DNA of 61,317 nt from Thermoplasmata archaeon (GTDB taxonomy: Archaea > Thermoplasmatota > Thermoplasmata > RBG-16-68-12 > JAFNFQ01). The stretch lies in NCBI GenBank assembly GCA_041489255.1, contig JBGPQV010000017.1, positions 1-61,317 of the forward strand, given 5' to 3'. The notes under the pieces are model-generated. The model saw nothing but the letters and a program-made list of their open reading frames with translations, was not told the DNA's origin and searched no databases. Within the stretch, counting starts at the first letter, position 1. Each line of letters starts with the position of its first letter. Positions 1-8,578 of the stretch are shown here, piece by piece. A program made the translations under genes and the position numbers.

Positions 1-86
1 GCTCAATGAAGATGACGACGATCTACCTGAACGAGCTCGCAAGGGGTACGCGAGAGGACATAAGCTCGCACCCTGTTAGATATTAA
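1..86 (+). CDS. C-terminal end of a probable tyrosine recombinase/integrase (partial, runs off window)
   Basis: Frame from nt 3 reads SMKMTTIYLNELARGTREDISSHPVRY*. This resembles the XerC/D-type end TTQIY...HP carrying the catalytic Tyr. Only 27 codons are visible. Confidence 0.55.
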   Translation, partial: SMKMTTIYLNELARGTREDISSHPVRY

Positions 87-156
87 CGAATCCCTGTCGC
101 AAAAATGGCGATTAAGTCGCATGAAACGCTACACCGTCGGATGTCCGACCTTCACC
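81..156 (+). repeat. Dispersed ~76-bp repeat, copy 1 (inverted copy at 61155-61230)
   Basis: 94-149 matches the reverse complement of 61162-61217 at 46/56 positions, with TATTAA at the same spacing upstream in both copies. Confidence 0.8.
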
Positions 157-231
157 AGTTTGGCAATAACCACCGCGAATCTCAATTCTCTTGACTCTGC
201 GGGAGATAGCGAAGATTCAGCGCGTAATATT

Positions 232-762
232 CTAACGGGAGCTGGTGTGACAAGTTGCTTTGTTCCTTGGAGGCGAGGTATAGGCCCTGTGCAGCCAACC
301 GTTTTCGAAGAAGACAAAGCGGCTCTCATCCTTGAGGACAAGAACCTCCACGAACACCTCATTCCCGCAGAGTTTCACAGTCGCCTCATAATCTATCACC
401 CTTGGCAGGCGGACATTGAGCAGTCGGTCAAACTCCCCTCGGCGATCCAACCATACCTCGACCCTGTTCATGGTTCTCAAGGTCTCGATGACGTATCTCT
501 TGGACAAGATCGCCTCCTCCCCTTTTCTGCGTTCTCGAACCCGTGTTCTGGCCTCATAACGCGGAATCTCGAGACATTCTCCTGAGAAATCGCAAGGGGA
601 CATCAATCGCTTCAGATACGGCTGCACAAAGTGGTAGACCCGCGACAGCCGCCTACCATGACTGTCGAATTCCGCCAGCACATTCGCGGGTAACTGAGGA
701 AGAGGCATGGCTTCGTCCCCCGTGGTAGTGAGCTTGCGGCACACTGGGCATATCACGCTCAT
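232..762 (-). CDS. Hypothetical protein with N-terminal CPVC motif
   Basis: ORF with GGAGG upstream of ATG 762; no family recognised. Confidence 0.45.
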   Translation of the reverse strand: MSVICPVCRKLTTTGDEAMPLPQLPANVLAEFDSHGRRLSRVYHFVQPYLKRLMSPCDFSGECLEIPRYEARTRVRERRKGEEAILSKRYVIETLRTMNRVEVWLDRRGEFDRLLNVRLPRVIDYEATVKLCGNEVFVEVLVLKDESRFVFFENGWLHRAYTSPPRNKATCHTSSR

Positions 763-967
763 CGTGTCCTCCCTGTTGTACCTCATCCAAACAAGCTCAT
801 AGCCGTGGCACCGAATCCTCGGAGAATCTCGAGCCATGGTCGTATTTCACGTAAACCTGGCTATTGGATGCATCTGCTGCAAGTAGCAGAGCGCTCTCGC
901 GCACAGCCGCTTGCTGGTCATGTAGAACATTAGCCCATCAGGGTCAGGCTTCGATGATCGCCTGACG

Positions 968-1396
968 TCAAGGAGATGGGGGAGGAGGCCTCGACTCCTC
1001 AAGCCGCTTCAGTCTGGATTCGAACTGTGTCAGTCTATCGTCAAGCTGGCCGAGCTTCGCCAGGTTGTTGTTTATCGAGTCCAAGATGGCCTGCGACCGC
1101 TGCGAAGCCTTCTCCGCTCGCTCGCCCAGTTTCGTTCTGTCTACCGCTGCAGCGTAGACGGCGACGATGAGAATGACGAAAAGGATTCCGAAAATGAAGA
1201 TGATTGGATTGAACTTGGGCGGCGAAGTGCTCCAGTCGAAGGAGAAGAGTATCGATAGCACGATGATGATGAAAGATGCCATGAACGTAAACGATGCTCT
1301 GCGTGCCTCCCTCTTCTCCCGTTCCCATTTCTCTTTGCGCATATCCAAGTCCTTTGCATCTCGCTGCTCACGTTCGGCATCGGTAGTAGTCGTCAT
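968..1396 (-). CDS. Two-TM membrane protein with C-terminal coiled coil
   Basis: GGAGGGGA RBS before MTTTTD, two hydrophobic helices and a heptad-rich tail. Confidence 0.7.
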   Translation of the reverse strand: MTTTTDAEREQRDAKDLDMRKEKWEREKREARRASFTFMASFIIIVLSILFSFDWSTSPPKFNPIIFIFGILFVILIVAVYAAAVDRTKLGERAEKASQRSQAILDSINNNLAKLGQLDDRLTQFESRLKRLEESRPPPPSP

Positions 1397-1553
1397 CTTT
1401 CCATCCCCTCCCTTATTCCACATCCTTTGACATCCGCCATCGACACACCAGCCACAGCCACAGGGGTGTATCCCCGATGGCGAGATGAATGTTTCCGTTG
1501 GCCCGTTTCGTTGTGAAATCGCTTCTTTCGGCGTTGAGATAATCCGTTGACCC

Positions 1554-1718
1554 ATGTCCCTTGACGGATACGGGTCGTTCTACGAGCACGCGAAAGGTCG
1601 ATTGGTCCTCTACATCCCCGCTGACCTGAGGAAGGACTCCGGCTTCCCCTTCAAAGCTGGCGAGCGGGTCCACATCAGGATCGATGGGAGGCGTTTGGTC
1701 GTGGACAAGACACGATAA
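1554..1718 (+). CDS. AbrB/MazE/SpoVT-like swapped-hairpin DNA-binding protein (54 aa, absent from ORF track)
   Basis: MSLDGYGSFYEHAKGRLVLYIPADLRKDSGFPFKAGERVHIRIDGRRLVVDKTR fits the GR-x-x-x-x-IP-x-x-LR...GE-x-V...DG-x-x-LVV pattern. Confidence 0.75.
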   Translation: MSLDGYGSFYEHAKGRLVLYIPADLRKDSGFPFKAGERVHIRIDGRRLVVDKTR

Positions 1719-1889
1719 GCCCGCCTCCGCACCTCGATCGCCCGCCAGCCGAGGAACTCGTCCACCGACCGCCATGCCAAGACGTCGCCTACTTCTGGCC
1801 GACGACTTTATGCTAGGGCCGGTCGATGACCGGTCTGGCGCCGGAATCCTTAAGTTCACGGGCGACCGAAAGGCTTATCCTAGTTACAG

Positions 1890-1962
1890 TGGGCTCAGCC
1901 GGATTCGAACCGGCGACCTTCTCTGTGTGAGAGAGATGTCATAACCGCTAGACCATGAGCCC
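1890..1962 (-). tRNA. tRNA-Val(CAC)
   Basis: Reverse complement GGGCTCATGGTCTAGCGGTTATGACATCTCTCTCACACAGAGAAGGTCGCCGGTTCGAATCCGGCTGAGCCCA folds as a cloverleaf; TTTATA box upstream at ~1986-1991. Confidence 0.97.
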
Positions 1963-2023
1963 GAGACGGAGAACATGGCGGCTGCTATAAAGCCTGTTCG
2001 CCGGCGGAATTCCCGTCATCGCA

Positions 2024-3706
2024 TCAAAGCTTCAGTTTCTCAAGAGCCTTGATGAAGTCGTCGGAGAGCGAGAGTTTCTTCAGGAACGCGATCCTCTGGT
2101 CCATCCGCTCGTTGTAGAGCTTCCTGTAGCCTTCCTTGTCGGGCACGCGCCTCGGGTCGAACTTGTCCGCGTACTCCGCGTCGAACCTGGGCAGATACAG
2201 CCCCGCCCGGTACTCCTCCCACTCGACCTCATCACGCGCCACTTTCGGGTAGAAGGACAGAGTGACCTCTTTGGGGATCTTTGTCCTCTTCGCCGCGTCG
2301 ACATAGAACTCGCTAGTGTTGAAAATGAGTCCCTTGCAGCCGGTCGTCTTGATCATCTTCATGACGGTGTCCGCCTCCAGCTGCATCGGGTAGATGATGA
2401 ACGGGTTCGCCCCGGGGATGATCTTCAGCTTGCCCATCTCTTCCACGGGGATGTTCTCGGCCGCCCCCGGCTTCGTCGAGAGGCTCATGAACAGCGCGGC
2501 GATGAGCGGCGGGTCCTTGACCAGCATCATCGGCGGGAGCGTCTCCTCCTTCATGATGAGGGTGATGTAGCTCGGCCACGGCACATTGACGTCCTCGCTC
2601 GCGCCCTTGAGCGCGGGCCTGTAAGTGATGCACCGCCCGTTGCCGACGAACACGTCCTCGTGCATCACGCCGATGCGCCCCTTCTCGTCGCGGTAGGTGA
2701 GAACGTCCTCGGCGGTGACGAGCGTCTCGAGCATGTAGCTGCCTGGCTTGTAGTCGTCCGTCTTGTTGAAGCAGCCCTCCTCGAAACCGACAGTCACATT
2801 GCCGTCGAACATGACGGCCACAGCGTCATCGTTAGCTACCTTGACACTCTCGCCCTTCCTCATCTGGCCCTCGTGGATCGAGAGGCCGATCGTGGACTTG
2901 CCGCTGCCCGAGAGGCCGATCGTGATGAACACGACGTCTTCGAATCCGCTCTTCCCCTTGACGTGCAGGAGCTTCGATGAGCCGTGGATGCCGCAGCCGA
3001 GGCCATTCGCGACAACAGCCTTCCAGGCGAGCGTCAGAGTCGCCTTCTTGACCTCGCCGAAGTACCTCGCCCCCAGCAGGTAGGCCGTGTCGCCCTCCGA
3101 GTCGAACAGCATGCATAGCCGCGGCAGGTCAGGGATGATCGGGTTGTTCTTCTGATCCCTCACCATGTCCGGTGTCCACCCCGGGAACACGACGACCTTG
3201 ATGTCGGGGAGCTTCACCTTCCTCCTGTTGAAGACCGCCATCGTCTCCTTGTTCACGGGGATGAAGTTCGCCTGGAAATCGAGCGCCAGCTTCGCCCACT
3301 CCTTCGGCACGACGAGCGTCGCCTTGACCATGAACCGCTCCGACTTACCGACGTAGGCCTCGGTGTAGATGAGCGGCCTCGCCATGAGATTCATGTCCGC
3401 CTCCCTCGCCAGCCTGGCGTACTTGTCCCTGAGGCCCGCGTCCGCCTCATGCACGAGCCGCCTGGCCCAGGCGGACCTGCCCGTGTCCTGCCCCGAATAC
3501 GACACGATGACCTTGTCCTGGTCCTTGCGGAGGCCGAGCTTCTCCATCGCCACGGCCGGAATCTTCACCTCGCTGACCACGACGTTGATCGATTTCGCCG
3601 TCATGTCATAAATCTCCGAAATCGACGGATCATAGATCACATTGCTCGCACACCTCAGCACTTCGGCCGCGGCTCGAATCTCGGTGAAGCCGTTCTTCAT
3701 TGGCAT
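2024..3706 (-). CDS. pckA: Phosphoenolpyruvate carboxykinase, ATP-type (divergent)
   Basis: YFGEVKK, IHG, P-loop GLSGSGKST, NDD, FEEGCFNKT and NGR motifs. Confidence 0.8.
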   Translation of the reverse strand: MPMKNGFTEIRAAAEVLRCASNVIYDPSISEIYDMTAKSINVVVSEVKIPAVAMEKLGLRKDQDKVIVSYSGQDTGRSAWARRLVHEADAGLRDKYARLAREADMNLMARPLIYTEAYVGKSERFMVKATLVVPKEWAKLALDFQANFIPVNKETMAVFNRRKVKLPDIKVVVFPGWTPDMVRDQKNNPIIPDLPRLCMLFDSEGDTAYLLGARYFGEVKKATLTLAWKAVVANGLGCGIHGSSKLLHVKGKSGFEDVVFITIGLSGSGKSTIGLSIHEGQMRKGESVKVANDDAVAVMFDGNVTVGFEEGCFNKTDDYKPGSYMLETLVTAEDVLTYRDEKGRIGVMHEDVFVGNGRCITYRPALKGASEDVNVPWPSYITLIMKEETLPPMMLVKDPPLIAALFMSLSTKPGAAENIPVEEMGKLKIIPGANPFIIYPMQLEADTVMKMIKTTGCKGLIFNTSEFYVDAAKRTKIPKEVTLSFYPKVARDEVEWEEYRAGLYLPRFDAEYADKFDPRRVPDKEGYRKLYNERMDQRIAFLKKLSLSDDFIKALEKLKL

Positions 3707-3912
3707 CGTCTCATTCCTCTGCGACTATTCCCGCCACCTTCACTCGGTCCCGATGGGGGAACGTTCAGCTTAGGCTTTCTGAATATGAATCTTTTCCTAA
3801 GCAAATACAATCTTCGGGGGAATGAATTTGCATCATCATATTAACCTCCACGGGTTTTCTCGAGGGAGTCTTTTTCGCATGGGATAGTGTCTAGTGGCGG
3901 GACTTCGCTACA

Positions 3913-3920
3913 TATAAATA
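3913..3920 (+). promoter_or_regulatory. TATA box for the coiled-coil/mtnA operon
   Basis: TATAAATA 26 nt before ATG 3947, consistent with a leaderless transcript. Confidence 0.6.
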
Positions 3921-3946
3921 GTCTCTTGTTCGTAGTGCCCGCCAAT

Positions 3947-4174
3947 ATGGATTCGAAGAACGTCCTCCTCGCCATCCAGGAGAAGCTGAGGTGGGAAGGC
4001 AGGAAGGCCAGGATCGAGGAGAAGCTCGGCGAGATAAGGGAGAAGAAGGGGCAGGTCCTCCGCCAGATCGAGGAGACGAGGACCAGGGTCGCCCAGCTCA
4101 CGGCGATGGGGGCCATCACCGAGTCGGAGAGGTCGCCCAGTAGGGTCGCCGTCAGGATAGACGGTCTGAGGTAG
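3947..4174 (+). CDS. Small coiled-coil hypothetical protein
   Basis: Charged heptad-rich 75-aa ORF with genome-like codon usage. Confidence 0.7.
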   Translation: MDSKNVLLAIQEKLRWEGRKARIEEKLGEIREKKGQVLRQIEETRTRVAQLTAMGAITESERSPSRVAVRIDGLR

Positions 4175-4178
4175 GACG

Positions 4179-4409
4179 ATGGCCGAATCAACTCAAATGT
4201 TCAGCGAGGAGCTCGTGAGGTGGAGGCGCCGACAGCAGCACCTCGAGGAGAGCCTCAGGCGGCTTTCCGAGGAGGAGGAGCGGCTCACACGCGAGCTCGT
4301 CAAGGCTGAGAAGCAGCTCACATACTACAGTTCCCTCACGAGCGACATGAAGCGCGAGCTGGAACCGCCAAGCCTCACGTCCATGCTCAAGTCCTTCCGC
4401 AAGGCCTGA
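4179..4409 (+). CDS. Small coiled-coil hypothetical protein
   Basis: GAGGT RBS; heptad pattern similar to the previous ORF. Confidence 0.75.
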   Translation: MAESTQMFSEELVRWRRRQQHLEESLRRLSEEEERLTRELVKAEKQLTYYSSLTSDMKRELEPPSLTSMLKSFRKA

Positions 4410-4420
4410 GGTGTTCCCCG

Positions 4421-5434
4421 TTGAGGGTCCTCTGGCGGGGAAAGGTGACGAATCTCAAGACCGTCTGGTTTGAGGGCAGGTCGGTCAAGATGATCGACCA
4501 GCGACTTCTTCCCGACATTCTCCAAATCCACCGCGCGGACTCTGTCGAGAAGGTCGCGAGAGCGATCGAGAACATGACTGTACGCGGCGCCCCCGCCATA
4601 GGTGCGACGGCCGCCTACGGTCTGGCACTGGCGCAGATCAAGGGAGAGGACATCAAGAAGAGCTGCGACCGCCTCAAGAGGACCAGACCGACGGGGCACG
4701 ATCTTTTCTACGCCCTCGACCTCATGATGGGTTCATGGCGGTCTGGAGAAGACCTCGTCAAGACGAGCAGGACCTACGCGGCGGGACTCGAAAGGAGTTG
4801 CCTGTCGATCGGCAAGCACGGGGCGAGGCTAATCAAGAATGGAACGAAGGTCCTGACGCACTGCAACGCAGGCGCGTTGGCGACGGTCGACTACGGCACC
4901 GCCATCGCACCCCTTCGCGTGGCCCACTCCCGCAAGAAGAGGTTCTTCGTCTTCGTCGACGAGACGAGGCCGAGGATGCAGGGGGCGCTCCTCACCGCGT
5001 GGGAGCTCCTGCAGGAGGGCATAGACCACGCCATCATCGCTGACAGCGCGGCCGGTCATTACTTTTCCAAGGGGGAGATCGACCTGGTGATCGTCGGCGC
5101 CGACAGGATAGCGGCGAACGGCGATACCGCCAACAAGATAGGGACTTACACCAAGGCGGTCCTGGCGGCTGAGAACGGGGTCCCCTTCTACGTGGCAGCG
5201 CCCCTGAGCACGATTGACTTCACCGCCGCAAGCGGCAAGGACATCCCGATAGAGGAGAGGGACGAGGAGGAGGTCTTGAGCTTCCACGGCGTCAGGGTCG
5301 CGCCGAAGGGCAGCAAGGCCCTGAACCCTGCGTTCGACGTGACCCCCGCCAAGTACATCACCGGCATCATAACGGAGGAGGGCATCGTCTCTCCGCACGA
5401 TATCAGGAAGCTGCGGCAGGTCAATCGCCAGTGA
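4421..5434 (+). CDS. mtnA: Methylthioribose-1-phosphate isomerase (aIF-2B family)
   Basis: VRGAPAIG, THCNAGALAT, ETRP, GADRI, NKIGTY and NPAFDVTP motifs. Confidence 0.92.
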   Translation: MRVLWRGKVTNLKTVWFEGRSVKMIDQRLLPDILQIHRADSVEKVARAIENMTVRGAPAIGATAAYGLALAQIKGEDIKKSCDRLKRTRPTGHDLFYALDLMMGSWRSGEDLVKTSRTYAAGLERSCLSIGKHGARLIKNGTKVLTHCNAGALATVDYGTAIAPLRVAHSRKKRFFVFVDETRPRMQGALLTAWELLQEGIDHAIIADSAAGHYFSKGEIDLVIVGADRIAANGDTANKIGTYTKAVLAAENGVPFYVAAPLSTIDFTAASGKDIPIEERDEEEVLSFHGVRVAPKGSKALNPAFDVTPAKYITGIITEEGIVSPHDIRKLRQVNRQ

Positions 5435-5486
5435 CGAATTGCGGTGATTGCCCGATCTCTCTTCTCGGATAGGTTTTTATGACCTC

Positions 5487-6563
5487 ATGGCCTTGCGAGC
5501 CTCAGTGCACCTCGTCACGACGTGGTTCGGCTCATTCCTGCTCACTGATGGCAAGGTCACGAAGGTCGCCTTATTCCCGAAAGACCCTGCGGCCATAGCA
5601 GACCGCCTGCAGAAGGTTGAGGACTGGCAGGCGCTCGACGAGGAGAAGCAGCTCGTGGCGGGACTGGACGAGCACTTCGTGTACGAGCCGAGGCTCGAGC
5701 GCATCGGCGGGAGCATGGTCCACGAGGAGCCCCCGTTCATATCCCCCGATGACCACGGCTTCGACCGCGCCCTGCTCCACGAGGCCATGATGGTCTTGGG
5801 GAAGCGCCGGGTGAGGAAGGCGGCGGGGATCGACGCTCACCTTGCCCAGGCAATCGGTGCCCTCGACGACATGTACGAGGCGGAGAACCTGCTACTCGAG
5901 AGATTGGATGAATGGTACGGCCTTCACTTCCCTGAGCTTTCGAAGATGGTCAGGCGCGAGAAGTTCGTCGACCTGATCGCGACTCATGGCAACAGGGAGA
6001 TGATGTCCCTGGACTTCGGCGACTCCGTCGGCGGCACGCTGCCAGAGGAGGAGAGGCAGGTCGTCATGCAAATCGCCGCGCAGGTCAGGTCGATGGCGGG
6101 AGAGAGGGCGAGACTCTGCGCCCTCATCGAGAAGAGGATGAGAGAGCTGGCGCCGAACGTCACCGAGCTCGCCGGACCGATCGTCGGAGCCAGGCTCGTG
6201 TCCTTGGCGGGAGGACTCGATGAGCTGGCGAAGCTGCCGTCAAGTACTGTCCAGCTCCTCGGGGCGGAGAAGGCTCTGTTCAGGCACCTGAAGGACCACA
6301 CGAAGCCGCCGAAGCACGGCGTCCTGTTCCAGCACCCTCTCGTTCACCAAGCCCCCTACTGGCAAAGAGGAGCGATATCGAGGGCATTCGCGGCCAAAAT
6401 CGCGATAGCCGCAAGAGCGGACTTCTTTTCCAAGCGCATGATCGCGGAGCAGTTGAAGGCCGACCTCGACAGGGCGCTCGCGAGCCTCAGAGAGAGGAAG
6501 CAATCGGCGCCGCCGCGCAAGCCCCACAGGGCGGGCGACAGGAGAAAGCAGAGGAGAAGGTAG
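5487..6563 (+). CDS. nop5: Nop5/Nop56/58 box C/D sRNP protein
   Basis: EWYGLHFPEL, APN, LPSSTVQLLGAEKALF and PPKHG. Start is uncertain (GTG 5505 possible). Confidence 0.93.
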   Translation: MALRASVHLVTTWFGSFLLTDGKVTKVALFPKDPAAIADRLQKVEDWQALDEEKQLVAGLDEHFVYEPRLERIGGSMVHEEPPFISPDDHGFDRALLHEAMMVLGKRRVRKAAGIDAHLAQAIGALDDMYEAENLLLERLDEWYGLHFPELSKMVRREKFVDLIATHGNREMMSLDFGDSVGGTLPEEERQVVMQIAAQVRSMAGERARLCALIEKRMRELAPNVTELAGPIVGARLVSLAGGLDELAKLPSSTVQLLGAEKALFRHLKDHTKPPKHGVLFQHPLVHQAPYWQRGAISRAFAAKIAIAARADFFSKRMIAEQLKADLDRALASLRERKQSAPPRKPHRAGDRRKQRRR

Positions 6564-6622
6564 CGCCCCCGCCTAAAGCTAAGAATCTTATATCCCCCGC
6601 CATTGTAACCGCTGGAAACATT

Positions 6623-7012
6623 ATGTCTTGGCTACAGCAGGAGATCAGGGAACTCAAGGTCAATCGCTACATAATGATCGACGAGGAGCCCTGCAAGATC
6701 CTCAGCATACAGACCGGGAAAACAGGGAAGCACGGAGAAGCTAAATCGAGGATAGAGGCCGTCGGCCTCTTCGATGAGAAGAAGAGGACCATCTCCCATC
6801 CGGTCACGCACAAGGTCAAGGTCCCCCAGATAGACAAGAGGAAGGCGCAGGTCCTGGCCCTCATGGGCGAAGATAAGGCGCAGCTCATGGACCTCGAGAC
6901 CTACGAGACGTTCGAGCTCGAGATCCCCGCGGAGTTCAAGGGCCAGATACAGCCCGGCGCAGAGATTCTCTACATGGTCGCCATGGGAAGAAAGAAGATG
7001 ACGAGGCTCTGA
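6623..7012 (+). CDS. eif5a: Translation factor aIF-5A
   Basis: Hypusine motif KTGKHGEAK. Confidence 0.96.
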   Translation: MSWLQQEIRELKVNRYIMIDEEPCKILSIQTGKTGKHGEAKSRIEAVGLFDEKKRTISHPVTHKVKVPQIDKRKAQVLALMGEDKAQLMDLETYETFELEIPAEFKGQIQPGAEILYMVAMGRKKMTRL

Positions 7013-7015
7013 AGG

Positions 7016-7870
7016 ATGCCTTCGTACCTCCAGTTCGCAGATGCGAATGCATCGTTCGACGAGGCGAAGATAGTCATCTTCGGCGTCCCCTATGACAGGA
7101 CGACCTCGTTCCGAGCGGGCACGAGGCATGGCCCCGCCGCGATACGCGAGGCGTCCTGGAACTTCGAGACCTACATGCTCGAGCACGGCCGCGACCTGCA
7201 GGACGTGAAGTTCCACGATCTGGGTAACACGGAAAATTTCGGCCCGCCGCTGGAGATGGTCGACGGCGTCTACAGGTTCGCGCTACCGATCACCCGGGCC
7301 GACAAGATCCCCCTGGTCCTTGGCGGCGAGCACAGCATCACCCCAGGGATCGTCGCATCGCTGCCCAGGGACATAGGCGTCATAGGCCTCGACGCACACC
7401 TTGACTTCAGAGACTCCTACCTGAACGAGAAGCACAGCCACGCATGCTCCCAGAGGAGGGTAACAGACCTCGTCGGCGTCGAGCACGTGGTGTACATGGG
7501 CATCCGCTCGGAGTCCAAGGACGAGGCGGCGGACGCGAAGAAGCTCAAGCTCCGCTCTATCAGGGCCAGCTTCATTGAGGAGAACGGGATCGAGGCGGCG
7601 ACGGAGCTGGCGCTCGGCGCGATACTTCGCAAGAAGATCTACCTGACCGTCGACATGGACTGCATCGACCCCGCCTACGCACCAGGGGTCGGCACGCCAG
7701 AGCCTTTCGGCATCAAGCCCTCCGATGTCAAGCAGGTCATAAACATGCTCGGCCCCAAGCTCGTCGGCATTGACATCAACGAGGTTGCGCCTCAGTGGGA
7801 CGGCGGGCAGACCGCGCTCCTGGCGGCGAGGCTCGCCCGCGAGGCCATAATGGTCATGAGCAAGAAATAG
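7016..7870 (+). CDS. speB: Agmatinase
   Basis: GGEHS, DAHLD and DMDCIDPAYAPGVGTPEPFG; classic adjacency to aIF-5A. Confidence 0.92.
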   Translation: MPSYLQFADANASFDEAKIVIFGVPYDRTTSFRAGTRHGPAAIREASWNFETYMLEHGRDLQDVKFHDLGNTENFGPPLEMVDGVYRFALPITRADKIPLVLGGEHSITPGIVASLPRDIGVIGLDAHLDFRDSYLNEKHSHACSQRRVTDLVGVEHVVYMGIRSESKDEAADAKKLKLRSIRASFIEENGIEAATELALGAILRKKIYLTVDMDCIDPAYAPGVGTPEPFGIKPSDVKQVINMLGPKLVGIDINEVAPQWDGGQTALLAARLAREAIMVMSKK

Positions 7871-7876
7871 ACAGGC

Positions 7877-8476
7877 TCAGACGTATCCAGGGATGTTCTT
7901 CCTTTTCAGGTAGAGCGCCTCCAGATCGAAGCGCTTCAGCTCCCCATCGAACTTCTTGTCGAGCGCCTGCTTCGACTTCCTCAGTTCCGAGGTGTCGACC
8001 TTCTCCGACGCCATTGCCGCCTGAATCGACTTGATGTCCTTCACGAGGGAGATGTCAAGGTCGGTCCCCGCCAAAGTGAGGACAGAGATTGTGTTCCTCA
8101 TGATGTCCAGCTCCATCTTGATCCTCCCGCGCTCGCCCGCCTTGAAATAGACGGTGTTCATCTTCGCGAGCAGCTCCCTGTGATTCTTGAGCGTCACAAG
8201 GATGTTGTCGATCCTCTCCGCGTTCCTGAGGAGGTACTCCTCGAGGTGCAGGAGCGACTCGGTTATCTCGCTGAGAGAACCGCGATCCCCCTTCTTGGAC
8301 TGGGGGCTCAGGCCCAAAGCGTCCATCATGAGGCTCTCGCGCTGCGCCCTCGTCGCGAGGCTGCCCGAGACCGCCCTCATCTGGACCTCATGCTTGGCTA
8401 CTCGCCCTTCGAGCTTGCGGACGCTCCTTTCGAGTGCCGCCAGCCCCTTTTCGGCGCTCGTTTTCCTCTTCGGCAT
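7877..8476 (-). CDS. Helical/coiled-coil hypothetical protein
   Basis: Long ORF with genome-like codon bias; start taken at MPKRK. Confidence 0.7.
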   Translation of the reverse strand: MPKRKTSAEKGLAALERSVRKLEGRVAKHEVQMRAVSGSLATRAQRESLMMDALGLSPQSKKGDRGSLSEITESLLHLEEYLLRNAERIDNILVTLKNHRELLAKMNTVYFKAGERGRIKMELDIMRNTISVLTLAGTDLDISLVKDIKSIQAAMASEKVDTSELRKSKQALDKKFDGELKRFDLEALYLKRKNIPGYV

Positions 8477-8578
8477 TACTGGGGTCAATCGGCGCGACAC
8501 TATGAACTTTTTCAACGTGCGCGGTGGTCACAAGTTTTCAGTCAGCTTAATTATCGGGGTCTCGTTGTTATCGCCCAT

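Larger units (their letters stand above)
1..1889. mobile_element. Edge of a putative element integrated at the 3' end of tRNA-Val(CAC)
   Basis: Visibly lower GC than the core, orphan ORFs, an integrase-like tail and an AbrB-like gene, all downstream of the tRNA 3' end. The distal att site is not in the window. Confidence 0.5.

Noticed and set aside
121-585. 154-aa ORF as a real gene
   Set aside because: It overlaps the better-supported minus-strand ORF; only its first 12 codons are echoed by the dispersed repeat.
8180-8578. N-terminal extension of the ABC ATPase (479 aa)
   Set aside because: It overlaps the opposite-strand gene; the TATA-like box and domain start fit ATG 8579.
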